The notes below the pieces were generated by a model, which saw nothing but the letters and a program-made list of their open reading frames with translations, was not told the DNA's origin and searched no databases. A program made the position numbers and the translations under genes. Source: Prolixibacteraceae bacterium (GTDB lineage: Bacteria; Bacteroidota; Bacteroidia; Bacteroidales; Prolixibacteraceae). Taken from it: DNA of 64,000 nt. The stretch covers positions 78,854 through 142,853 of the forward strand of contig JBGUEP010000001.1 of the NCBI GenBank assembly GCA_041821245.1, written 5' to 3'. Shown here in pieces: positions 55,830 through 64,000 of this stretch. Numbering within the stretch: the first letter of the stretch is position 1; every line of letters starts with the position of its first letter.

Positions 55830-56245
55830 AGAATTTACGATTTGCTTTTGCCATAGGAGATGATAATCTAATTGCTGAAACGAAATTTAGTGATGCTTCT
55901 ATGATCCGAATTTACGAGTATCTTTTTACTGAAAAATGTTTGAATTTTATTTCAGAAGAGATAAATCCTGTTTTTGAAATAAAAGATCATGATGAAAAAG
56001 TCAGCATTTTGATTGATTTCCTCAGCAGCAATAATATTGATTTGCTTGTCGCAAAAAAATATGGAATAATGATAGAAGTTGAAAATAAATATTTTGTTCC
56101 AATAGTTGTTTCAAATTCATCACCCCAAAGAGTGGTCGAATTAATCACAAAACAAATCAACTGGCTTTATGATGAACTTGAATTAGAAAAAAAAGAACAC
56201 ATGATTATTCGAATTGACAAAGGTGTTTTTAAGTATAAATTATAA
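55826..56245 (+). CDS. Small hypothetical protein, possibly a NifX/NifB-like (Nitro_FeMo-Co family) cofactor-binding fold; translationally coupled to the preceding gene
   Basis: The ATGA start/stop overlap with 55068..55829 indicates coupling. MKNLRFAFAIGDDNLIAETKFSDASMIRIYEY resembles the MKIAIP..DG..S.HFG.A..F.IYE start of NifX-like proteins. The similarity is weak. Confidence 0.3.
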   Translation: MKNLRFAFAIGDDNLIAETKFSDASMIRIYEYLFTEKCLNFISEEINPVFEIKDHDEKVSILIDFLSSNNIDLLVAKKYGIMIEVENKYFVPIVVSNSSPQRVVELITKQINWLYDELELEKKEHMIIRIDKGVFKYKL

Positions 56246-56248
56246 GAA

Positions 56249-57238
56249 ATGAATAAAATAAATGCTGCAATTACAGGAATCGAATCCTACTTGCCCGAGT
56301 ATATTTTAACCAACGAAGAATTAAGCCAAATGGTTGATACCTCTGATGAGTGGATCATGCAACGAGTTGGAATTAAGGAAAGACGGATTCTTAAGGGCGA
56401 TGGTTTGGCCACCTCGGATATGGGTGCCGCGGCGACTAAAAAATTATTGGCTAAAACGGGTACAAAACCAGAAGAAATTGATTTTGTAATAGTGGCAACA
56501 GCAACGCCCGACATGTCTTTCCCTTCTACTGCTTGTCTCATAGCTGAAAAATCAGGTATAAAAAACTCCTGGGGCTTTGATTTGAGTGCAGCTTGTTCCA
56601 GTTTTTTGTTTGCACTTGAAACTGCCAGTCATTTTATTGAATCAGGAAAATATAAAAAAATTCTGTTGGTTGCTGCCGATAAAATGTCATCGATTACAGA
56701 TTATACAAATAGAAATACTTGCGTTTTGTTTGGCGATGCAGCTGTAGCTATGCTAATTGAACCTACAACGGAAGAAGTTGGCGTAATGGATTCCCTCTTG
56801 CAAATTGATGGTATTGGGAAAGACTTCCTTTATATGAAAGCGGGAGGATCATTGAAACCTGCTTCCCATGAAACGGTTGATGCAAAAGAGCATTTTATGT
56901 ATCAGGATGGAAAAGCCGTATTTAAAGTGGCTGTATCTAAAATGTCTGATGTTTCGGTAGAAATAATGAGGCGAAATGAATTAAAGCCTGAAGACCTGGC
57001 CTGGTTTATTCCTCATCAGGCAAATTTAAGGATCATTGACGCTGTTGGTCGTCGTATGGGCATGACTGCAGATAAAGTGATGATAAACATTGAAAAATAT
57101 GGAAATACAACCAATGCTACAATTCCATTATGCCTTTGGGAACTTGAGCATAAATTAAAGAAAGGTGATAATCTAATTTTATCTGCTTTTGGAGGAGGAT
57201 ATACGTGGGGATCGATCTATTTGAAATGGGCTTATTAA
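56249..57238 (+). CDS. fabH: 3-oxoacyl-ACP synthase III (KAS III)
   Basis: Cys-His-Asn triad context: [27 protein letters not shown]. Starts 4 bp after the previous gene. Confidence 0.9.
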   Translation: MNKINAAITGIESYLPEYILTNEELSQMVDTSDEWIMQRVGIKERRILKGDGLATSDMGAAATKKLLAKTGTKPEEIDFVIVATATPDMSFPSTACLIAEKSGIKNSWGFDLSAACSSFLFALETASHFIESGKYKKILLVAADKMSSITDYTNRNTCVLFGDAAVAMLIEPTTEEVGVMDSLLQIDGIGKDFLYMKAGGSLKPASHETVDAKEHFMYQDGKAVFKVAVSKMSDVSVEIMRRNELKPEDLAWFIPHQANLRIIDAVGRRMGMTADKVMINIEKYGNTTNATIPLCLWELEHKLKKGDNLILSAFGGGYTWGSIYLKWAY

Positions 57239-57267
57239 TTAAGAAAAGATCTTTAAAAACAAACGAT

Positions 57268-58521
57268 ATGAAACTAAAAAGAGTTGTTATTACAGGATTA
57301 GGAGCTTTAACTCCCATTGGAAATAATGTTAATGATTTCTGGAAGAATCTTATTCAGGGTAAAAGTGGTATTGCCGAGATTACAAAATTTGATGCCTCTC
57401 CTTTTAAAACAAAATTTGCCGGAGAATTAAAAGGCTTCGATCCTTTGCTATTTATGGAAAAAGCACAAGCCCGCAAGATGGACTCCTATTCACAATATGC
57501 CGTTGCGGTTGTTGATGAATGCATCAAAGATTCAAATATTGATTTAAAAAATACCGATCTCAGCAAAGTTGGTGTAATATGGGGTACTGGTATTGGTGGC
57601 ATCGAAACTTTCGAAAAGGAGATTATTGAATATGGAGCAAATTTAGATTCCCCTCGTTTCAGTCCTTTTTTTGCTACTAAAATGATTTCGAATATGGCTG
57701 CCGGTAATATTTCAATTCATTATGGTTTTCGTGGAGTCAGTTATGTTACTGCATCAGCCTGTGCTTCAAGCAACAATGCAATTATCAATGCATATAATAA
57801 TATACAACTAGGTAAAGCTAATGTTATTTTTGCCGGAGGTTCTGAAGCAAGCATTACCCCTGCTGGAATTGGAGGGTTTAGTTCGATGAAAGCAATTTCG
57901 CAACGCAACGAATCCCCCGAAACAGCTTCTCGTCCCTTTGATGTTTCACGCGATGGTTTTGTATTGGCTGAAGGTGCCGGTGTAATTATGCTTGAGGAAC
58001 TGGAGCACGCTAAAAACAGGGGAGCAAAAATATATGGCGAAATTGCAGGTGGCGGCTGTGCTTCTGATGCCTACCATATTGCTGCACCTCATCCCGAAGG
58101 CATTGGTGCCGTGGCGGCAATGACCGAAGCCATTAACGAAGCCGGTTTGTTGCCCGAAGATGTCGACTATGTAAGTACGCACGGCACGGCTACTCCTATT
58201 GGCGACTTAAGCGAATGTAAAGCTATCGTAACCGTTTTCGAAAACTCGCTCGATAAATTACACATTAGTGCAACAAAATCAATGACCGGACACTTATTGG
58301 GTGCTGCCGGGGCAATTGAAGCAATTGCTTGTATAAAATCCATAAACACTGGAATCGTACCTCCAACCAGCAATCTCAATGAAATTGATCCTGCCATTGA
58401 TAAACGAATTAACTTAACGCCAAATGTAGCAGTAACGAAAACGGTGAATGTGGCTTTAAACAACACATTTGGTTTTGGTGGACATATTTTTGTTTCGCTT
58501 TTTAAGAAATACAAAGAATAG
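57268..58521 (+). CDS. fabF: 3-oxoacyl-ACP synthase II (KAS II)
   Basis: ORF 57205..58521. The likely start is ATG 57268 (MKLKRVVITGLGALTPIGN). Cys-His-His triad: SACASS, VSTHGTATPIGD, SMTGHLLGAAG. Confidence 0.9.
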   Translation: MKLKRVVITGLGALTPIGNNVNDFWKNLIQGKSGIAEITKFDASPFKTKFAGELKGFDPLLFMEKAQARKMDSYSQYAVAVVDECIKDSNIDLKNTDLSKVGVIWGTGIGGIETFEKEIIEYGANLDSPRFSPFFATKMISNMAAGNISIHYGFRGVSYVTASACASSNNAIINAYNNIQLGKANVIFAGGSEASITPAGIGGFSSMKAISQRNESPETASRPFDVSRDGFVLAEGAGVIMLEELEHAKNRGAKIYGEIAGGGCASDAYHIAAPHPEGIGAVAAMTEAINEAGLLPEDVDYVSTHGTATPIGDLSECKAIVTVFENSLDKLHISATKSMTGHLLGAAGAIEAIACIKSINTGIVPPTSNLNEIDPAIDKRINLTPNVAVTKTVNVALNNTFGFGGHIFVSLFKKYKE

Positions 58522-58572
58522 GTTTGTCCATAGGAATACGAAATCTTTTTTTGATGGGATTCGACCTGTAGA

Positions 58573-59286
58573 TTACAGGTTTAAATAGAATGCTTTTACA
58601 AATTGAATAAAACCGGAAGTGTAAGTATGGCGGGTTTCAGTTTCTATTATCAATTCATCTTCTTTAAGGTTTAATGATTCAAATTGAAATTTAATTAATA
58701 CTCTTTTTACCGGTTTTAATGGATTCGGTTTAACCTGTGTGATGCGTGAAGGGTAAAGCTTGAATTTCGAGGCAATTGTAATCATTTCAATTTTAGCTTC
58801 AATGGGCAAAATCACACAAAACCTGCCTGTATGTTTTAACAATTTTGCAACTCCATCAATCAATTCCTCGAAACTGAGGGTGTCGGTATGCCTTGCAAGT
58901 GACTTTTCCATTTGCTTCGATTTTAATGAATTAGAAAAGAAGGGGGGATTCGAAACAATACAATCGTAGAGCTTCGCAGTTTGACCAACATATTCCTGAA
59001 TGGAACAATGAACTACGGTCATGCGTTCGGCCCAGGGAGATTGATTGAAATTAAATCCGGCATCTTTGATGGCGCCTTCTTCAATATCAATGGCATCGAT
59101 TTGAGCATTTGAGCGTTGAGCCAGCATCAATGCGATTACACCGGTGCCCGTTCCTATATCCAGAATGGTCGTAGCTTTTTCTGCTTCGGCCCATGCACCA
59201 AGCAATACACCGTCGGTACCTACGCGCATGGCTGCATGGTTTTGCACGACTCTGAACTGCTTAAACTGAAAATAATTATTGGACAT
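58573..59286 (-). CDS. tRNA (adenine37-N6)-methyltransferase TrmN6/YfiC-like
   Basis: FQFKQFRVVQNHAAMRVGTDGVLLGAWA, a SAM-binding DIGTGTGVIALMLAQR, and IVSNPPFF (the NPPF/Y N6-adenine methyltransferase motif). Confidence 0.7.
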   Translation of the reverse strand: MSNNYFQFKQFRVVQNHAAMRVGTDGVLLGAWAEAEKATTILDIGTGTGVIALMLAQRSNAQIDAIDIEEGAIKDAGFNFNQSPWAERMTVVHCSIQEYVGQTAKLYDCIVSNPPFFSNSLKSKQMEKSLARHTDTLSFEELIDGVAKLLKHTGRFCVILPIEAKIEMITIASKFKLYPSRITQVKPNPLKPVKRVLIKFQFESLNLKEDELIIETETRHTYTSGFIQFVKAFYLNL

Positions 59287-59357
59287 ATTTAGTCAATGGT
59301 CAAAAGTCATTGGTCATTTGTTTTTCTCAGAAATGATCAATTCACAAAAATAGCAAT

Positions 59358-60137
59358 TTACAAATCGTGATTGACTCCCAATCCAAACAAGGCAAAATCG
59401 TATTTCACAGGGTCGTTGGGATCAAGTTCGGATAGTTGGGCCGTAAGCTCTTCCACAGCTTGCCAATCGTTTTGAGTTCGATGGAGTAGCCCCAGTTTTC
59501 TTGAAATGTTGCCGGTATGTAAATCCAGTGGAAGCATCAGTGCAGAGGAAGGAATTTCGTTCCAAATGCCGAAATCTACTCCTCTTCCATCGTTTCGAAC
59601 CATCCAGCGAAGGTACATGCAAAGTCGTTTCCCACTTGATTTTTTCAACACATTAGCCACATGTTTTTCGGTTCGGGTTTCGTGTTCTAGGCTGAAAAAA
59701 ACCGTTCTGAAATTTTGAAGCGATGATTTTAAGCTAAGGTCTTTTTGATAGCCTTCAGCAAATACCTTTTCCAAACCTCCATAGTGCCGGTAAATGTTTT
59801 GTAATGCTTTGAGAAAATAAATCAAATCGGTTCCGTTAAAGGTGCGATGCACGAAGTTGGCAAAGGCCTTCAAATCGGAAGGACTGGCATTTAAAATAAA
59901 TTCATGGGGGAAATAGCCCATTCCCTTCATCAGTTTTTCTGCATTCGTGATGATGGATTTGCGCATGCCCCACGCAATAGTGGCTGTTAAAAAACCCGCA
60001 ATTTCAATGTCTTCCTTTCGATCGAATAGATGAGGTATGGAGATGGGATCGTTGGGAATAAACCCGGGCACATTGTATTTATCGTAACTCTGATCTAAAA
60101 AATCTTTCCACTCTTGTGGGTTCAGTTTATCCGTCAT
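59358..60137 (-). CDS. Conserved hypothetical protein (TIGR02757/DUF2400-like)
   Basis: 259 aa. FIPNDPISIPHLFDRKEDIEIAGFLTATIAWGMRKSII is reminiscent of this Bacteroidota-conserved family. Low certainty. Confidence 0.4.
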   Translation of the reverse strand: MTDKLNPQEWKDFLDQSYDKYNVPGFIPNDPISIPHLFDRKEDIEIAGFLTATIAWGMRKSIITNAEKLMKGMGYFPHEFILNASPSDLKAFANFVHRTFNGTDLIYFLKALQNIYRHYGGLEKVFAEGYQKDLSLKSSLQNFRTVFFSLEHETRTEKHVANVLKKSSGKRLCMYLRWMVRNDGRGVDFGIWNEIPSSALMLPLDLHTGNISRKLGLLHRTQNDWQAVEELTAQLSELDPNDPVKYDFALFGLGVNHDL

Positions 60138-60832
60138 TGGTCAATTTTGAACAGGCACTTTTTAAGCAGTTTCCGTGCAATTGGTCTGCCATGGCCTGGA
60201 AGAAAAATAGTACATCCGGTATCGTACAATTTTTCCCATTGCTCAGAAAGCCGATGGGGCTGGTCAGCAAAAGGTGGAAAAACCGAACCGGGAATAACAC
60301 CGAACAGCGTGTCACCAACAATTGCATATTGGTGATTCACCTGAATGCTGATTGAATCAGAGGAATGACCCGGTGTTGGAAACAATTCCAGACTTGTTGA
60401 ACCTAGTTTCAAAATTGTTTCGGCATCGATGTATTCATTTGCCGAAAAGGGTTCAAATGAAATACCCTGCTCGCCAAGTCGGTTGGCCAATTCAATAAGC
60501 TTTCTATAATATGCGGTGGTTCCTTTTGGAAGAGGAGAAAATCCATCTGAAATCTGCCTTTTGGCATTTTTACTCACAATAATTGATGCTTTAAATTCCT
60601 TTTGGATATAAGCTGCATTTTGGCAATGATCGAAATGGGTATGGGTAAGAATTAGAAAATCGATTTGAACGATGCCCAGTTTCTTTAAATTTCTGGTCAA
60701 CTTGGTTCTTACATTTTTTTTACCGGTATCTATTAAAACCGATTTAGATCCGGATTGCAGCAGATAGGCATTGCTGCGTCCTGATAATACTTGTATAAGT
60801 TTAGACTCTTTGTCGATGATCCATTTTTTCAT
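60134..60832 (-). CDS. MBL-fold metallo-hydrolase
   Basis: HxHxDH motif (ILTHTHFDHCQN) plus downstream His/Asp ligands (PTPGHSSDSIS, LPGHG). Overlaps the previous gene by 4 bp. Confidence 0.75.
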   Translation of the reverse strand: MKKWIIDKESKLIQVLSGRSNAYLLQSGSKSVLIDTGKKNVRTKLTRNLKKLGIVQIDFLILTHTHFDHCQNAAYIQKEFKASIIVSKNAKRQISDGFSPLPKGTTAYYRKLIELANRLGEQGISFEPFSANEYIDAETILKLGSTSLELFPTPGHSSDSISIQVNHQYAIVGDTLFGVIPGSVFPPFADQPHRLSEQWEKLYDTGCTIFLPGHGRPIARKLLKKCLFKIDQ

Positions 60833-60962
60833 ACGTAAATAATTTGCTTTTTTAATTGTCGTATGGAACTTATATATCTAATTTTGGCTTAGGCCGATTT
60901 TTAATTCATTTGTGTTTGTGATTGCCTCTAAGCAAATTCATTTCATAATGAATTATTTTTTA

Positions 60963-61613
60963 CTATAAAATCACACCATCTTTAATTTCCAAAATTTCAT
61001 CACTCATTTTTGCAAATTCCCGATCGTGGGTTACTATAATTAAGGTTACTCCAAATTTGTCGCGAAGGGAGAAAAACAAGTCGTGCATTTCGTCCTGATT
61101 TTTACTATCGAGGTTTCCGGTAGGTTCATCGGCAAAAATTACCGAAGGATTGTTAATCAGTGCTCGTGCAACAGCAACACGTTGTTTTTCACCACCCGAT
61201 AGTTCATTGGGTTTGTGAGTCAGCCGATCGCCAAGGCCTAGAAAGGTAAGCAATTCCTCTGCTCTTTTTTCTACCTCTGCTTTTGATTTGTTGGCAATAA
61301 ATCCGGGAAGGCAAACATTTTCGAGCGCAGTAAATTCAGGCAAAAGATGATGAAATTGAAAAACAAAGCCAATGGTTTGGTTACGGAAAGCTGCCAATTC
61401 CTTTTCGTTCAGCTTTAAGGGATTTTTACCATCAATGGTAAGCTTTCCGGAATCGGGTTGGCTGAGTGTACCTAAAATTTGCAATAAGGTTGTTTTACCT
61501 GCCCCACTGGCACCTACTATGGAAACAACTTTTCCCTTGGCAATTTCCAGATCAATGTTTTTTAGTACCTGAAGTGATCCGAAGGATTTTGTGATGTTTT
61601 TGGCGGTTATCAA
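60963..61613 (-). CDS. ABC transporter ATP-binding protein (LolD/MacB-ATPase-like)
   Basis: Walker [12 protein letters not shown], signature [15 protein letters not shown], Walker [13 protein letters not shown]. Confidence 0.85.
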   Translation of the reverse strand: MITAKNITKSFGSLQVLKNIDLEIAKGKVVSIVGASGAGKTTLLQILGTLSQPDSGKLTIDGKNPLKLNEKELAAFRNQTIGFVFQFHHLLPEFTALENVCLPGFIANKSKAEVEKRAEELLTFLGLGDRLTHKPNELSGGEKQRVAVARALINNPSVIFADEPTGNLDSKNQDEMHDLFFSLRDKFGVTLIIVTHDREFAKMSDEILEIKDGVIL

Positions 61614-61617
61614 AAGT

Positions 61618-62625
61618 TTAACTTTTAAAAATGAGAATTATGTAACTAACGTACAAAAGTACAAAAATGCTGCCTTGTATCCTCGAAATTTTTCCTTGGG
61701 TTACAGCCCGGTATCGGCTGGCAAACGAAGTCCCATTATTCCTGAATAAAAACCCAAGGGGCATCATCGATAAGAGTAAAAGCAGATAGAAGATCATCAT
61801 AAAAGTGAGGTCTATGCTGAATTCACTAAATTTTAAGGGAATTGATCGATAGCCGGCAGTAATACCAATTACAGCAAAAACATTAAAAATATTTGATCCG
61901 ATGATGTTCCCTACAGAGATATCGGATTCCTTTCGAAAGGCAGCAATAATGGAGGTGGTCAATTCCGGGATACTGGTTCCAAAGGCTACAACAGTAATGG
62001 AAATAATTCGTTCGCTGATCCCCATGTTCAATGCCAAACCAGAGGCGCCATTCACCAGAAATTTGGAGCCAAAAGCCAAGCCGGCCGATGCAATAATTAC
62101 CATCAGGACATAAAAGCCAATTTTATGTTCGTTTTTAGGTTTAGGAATTTTGATGTGTATCGGAAATTTATTGGCGCTTCTTATAGAGCTGATAATGAAA
62201 AGAATGAGTAAGGCAAATAAAGCAACTCCTTCAATTTGATCAATCAAATTGTTTGACATGAAAGCGAAAAGTAAGCCTCCCGAAAGGAACATGATTGGCC
62301 AGCTGCGTTTAATGGTTTGTTGGTTTACCGGCATGGGTAAAATTATAACGGTAAGGCCAAGAACCAGGGCAATGTTGGCAATGTTCGATCCAATTACATT
62401 CCCCAGAGCAATTTCGGGGTGACCGGTAAGCGCTGCATCGAAACTCACCATAAGTTCAGGTGCCGAGGTTCCAAATGCTACAACGGTAAGCCCAATCACA
62501 AGGGATGAAATTTTGAAATGATTGGCTATGGACACACTTCCCCGGACCAGAAATTCGCCACCTACAACAAGAAATAGTATGCCTAACAGAAGTTGGCCAA
62601 TGTTGATTATGAAAGCCTGATCCAT
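61618..62625 (-). CDS. Na+/Ca2+ exchanger (CaCA) family membrane protein (YrbG-like)
   Basis: Two alpha-repeat regions ([17 protein letters not shown]...[13 protein letters not shown] and [17 protein letters not shown]...[12 protein letters not shown]). Confidence 0.8.
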   Translation of the reverse strand: MDQAFIINIGQLLLGILFLVVGGEFLVRGSVSIANHFKISSLVIGLTVVAFGTSAPELMVSFDAALTGHPEIALGNVIGSNIANIALVLGLTVIILPMPVNQQTIKRSWPIMFLSGGLLFAFMSNNLIDQIEGVALFALLILFIISSIRSANKFPIHIKIPKPKNEHKIGFYVLMVIIASAGLAFGSKFLVNGASGLALNMGISERIISITVVAFGTSIPELTTSIIAAFRKESDISVGNIIGSNIFNVFAVIGITAGYRSIPLKFSEFSIDLTFMMIFYLLLLLSMMPLGFLFRNNGTSFASRYRAVTQGKISRIQGSIFVLLYVSYIILIFKS

Positions 62626-62888
62626 TAAGCGTTTAGGTTTTTATCGATGTTACCTTTTATATCACGGGCGTCACTTTCCAGTTTTTTATTCACTTCGTTA
62701 AGGTCCTTTTTAACATCGGATGTGGCATCGTTAAATTCGCGCTGAATTTCATTGGTCGCCTTCCGGAATTCCCGAACTCCTTTTCCCATCATTTTTGCAA
62801 TTTCAGGTATCGATTTGGCACCAAAAAATATCAGCGCCAGCGCCAATACCATAATAATTTCCTGACCACTAATAAAAAGTATCATCAT
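62625..62888 (-). CDS. tatA: Twin-arginine translocase TatA/TatE-family subunit
   Basis: ORF 62625..63095. The plausible start is an internal Met (CAT 62886-62888). It gives an N-terminal TM plus amphipathic helix (IIMVLALALIFFGAKSIPEIAKMMGKGVREFRKATNEIQ), matching the TatA LLFG.K.LPELGR.LGKGIREFKKA consensus. Confidence 0.65.
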   Translation of the reverse strand: MMILFISGQEIIMVLALALIFFGAKSIPEIAKMMGKGVREFRKATNEIQREFNDATSDVKKDLNEVNKKLESDARDIKGNIDKNLNA

Positions 62889-63039
62889 AAATGTGTGTTT
62901 TTTGCCAGGTGCAAATTTAGATGAAAACATTCGATTTATATAATTTGAAGGATTGATTGTTTCAGGGAAAAAAAATAGACTATTTCTTCCCGTCATTTTT
63001 GTAAATTTGAGCACAGTAAAACTAAACCAAATAAATACT

Positions 63040-64000
63040 ATGAAAAACTTGAAAAGCCAGCTACTATTGGCATTTTTGTTTCTGCTATTTGTCAATGCAA
63101 AGGCCGGGGACTACCATGTCCGCTTTGCATTTATGGGCAATAGTATCACCATTGGATCAGGTCTTGGCAATGCCCCCGTTGAATGTTATCCGTCACAAAT
63201 TCAACTTTTACTGAATCAGAAATATGGCGATACCTGTCTGGTGGAAAATTTTGCTGTTTCAGGCAGAACCATGTTAAAAAAAGGAGATTTCCCACTTTGG
63301 AACGAACCGCAATTTCAACAAAGTTTAGATTATGCCCCCGATATTGTTTTTATAATGCTGGGTACAAATGATACCAAACCCTACAATTGGGACGACTACG
63401 GTGATGAATTTATAGCCGATTATCAGTCGATGATTGATACCTTTAAGGTTCGAAATCCACGTTGTAAATTTATTCTGGCCTATCCTCCGCCTGCATTTGC
63501 TGTGAATTACGACATTCGTAATACCGTTATTGTGGATGGTGTATTGCCTGCTCTTGATTCTTTACTATTAATGAATGAAGCAGAATCTATTGATTTTTAC
63601 CACCCATTGCTCGATAGTGCATACCTTTTTCCGGATGCAATTCATCCAAATGCTGCCGGAGCAAAAGTATTGGCACAAATGGCATTCAATAAGATTGTGG
63701 AGACTGATATCGTGCATCAGGTGGAAAGCGGTTATACGTATGTAACCGGAATTAGTTCGAGTAGTGCAATTATTGCACAAAACGGTGAAGTAACCATTTC
63801 GTGGACCAGCCGTAGTGCCGATTCGGTATACTTCAACGGTGAATTGGTCGATGTGGAAGGGAGCACAGTTTTTATTGTTGCTGAAAATACCACTTTTACT
63901 GTTCGGGCTGTTGGGTCTAAAAACAGCGATGAAAAGACCTTTTTCCAGGAAACGTATGTTCCTGAACTCGTGAAATTGAAGGCAGAACGTAAGCCCTTGA
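63040..64000 (+). CDS. Partial CDS (C-terminus beyond window): secreted SGNH/GDSL-family hydrolase
   Basis: Not in the ORF track (no stop before the window end). ATG 63040. Hand translation: MKNLKSQLLLAFLFLLFVNAKAGDYHVRFAFMGNSITIGSG...FIMLGTNDTKPY...FPDAIHPNAAGAKVLAQ. This shows the SGNH blocks I (GNSIT), III (GTND) and V (DAIHPN). Confidence 0.6.
   Translation, partial: MKNLKSQLLLAFLFLLFVNAKAGDYHVRFAFMGNSITIGSGLGNAPVECYPSQIQLLLNQKYGDTCLVENFAVSGRTMLKKGDFPLWNEPQFQQSLDYAPDIVFIMLGTNDTKPYNWDDYGDEFIADYQSMIDTFKVRNPRCKFILAYPPPAFAVNYDIRNTVIVDGVLPALDSLLLMNEAESIDFYHPLLDSAYLFPDAIHPNAAGAKVLAQMAFNKIVETDIVHQVESGYTYVTGISSSSAIIAQNGEVTISWTSRSADSVYFNGELVDVEGSTVFIVAENTTFTVRAVGSKNSDEKTFFQETYVPELVKLKAERKPL

Noticed and set aside
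1-64000. Search for tRNA, rRNA, CRISPR arrays, integrases or transposases
   Set aside because: No cloverleaf-like or GTTCGA-type T-arm candidates were seen in the intergenic regions. There are no regularly spaced short direct repeats and no recombinase-like ORFs.

Overview
AT-rich chromosomal segment that looks like Bacteroidota. The evidence is several proteins with type IX secretion (T9SS) C-terminal sorting domains, TonB-dependent receptors with carboxypeptidase-regulatory-like N-termini, a DUF4249 lipoprotein next to a TonB-dependent receptor, and tight gene packing without obvious Shine-Dalgarno spacing. Housekeeping genes include tyrS, pyrH, nadA, a tRNA-dihydrouridine synthase, mazG, a deoxynucleoside kinase, dgkA, cvpA, tatA, a flotillin/NfeD pair, and a Wzz-like/O-antigen-ligase pair. 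An accessory layer of secreted T9SS cargo is present: two CotH-family proteins, three lamin-tail-domain (LTD) proteins and a two-HKD PLD-family enzyme that lies in an operon with a TonB-dependent receptor. The most notable content is a roughly 12 kb, ten-gene plus-strand operon (46.5-58.5 kb). It encodes a complex-I/group-4-hydrogenase-like membrane complex: two tandem NuoL-like subunits, NuoH/HyfC-like, HyfE-like, NuoN/HyfF-like, a NuoC-NuoD/HycE-like large subunit and a ferredoxin-NuoB fusion. Every Ni-Fe-ligating cysteine of the large subunit and every N2-cluster cysteine of the small subunit is substituted, which is the energy-converting-hydrogenase-related (Ehr) pattern. This complex is tightly or translationally coupled to a small NifX/NifB-like-looking protein and to FabH and FabF paralogues. 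It sits divergent from a Crp/Fnr regulator whose promoter region carries a perfect TTGAT-N4-ATCAA box. A second point of interest is a ~90 bp, 3-mismatch direct repeat of the nadA 3' end that brackets a 2.8 kb insert carrying one CotH-family T9SS cargo gene. This suggests site-specific integration at the nadA 3' end or a remnant of such an event. Other observations are a tandem paralogue pair whose second copy is frameshifted at an A6 tract, three intrinsic-terminator-like hairpins, and two ORFs missing from the ORF track: an N-terminal fragment of a propeller-domain sensor at the left edge and an SGNH hydrolase running off the right edge. No rRNA, tRNA, CRISPR, integrase or transposase was recognised.
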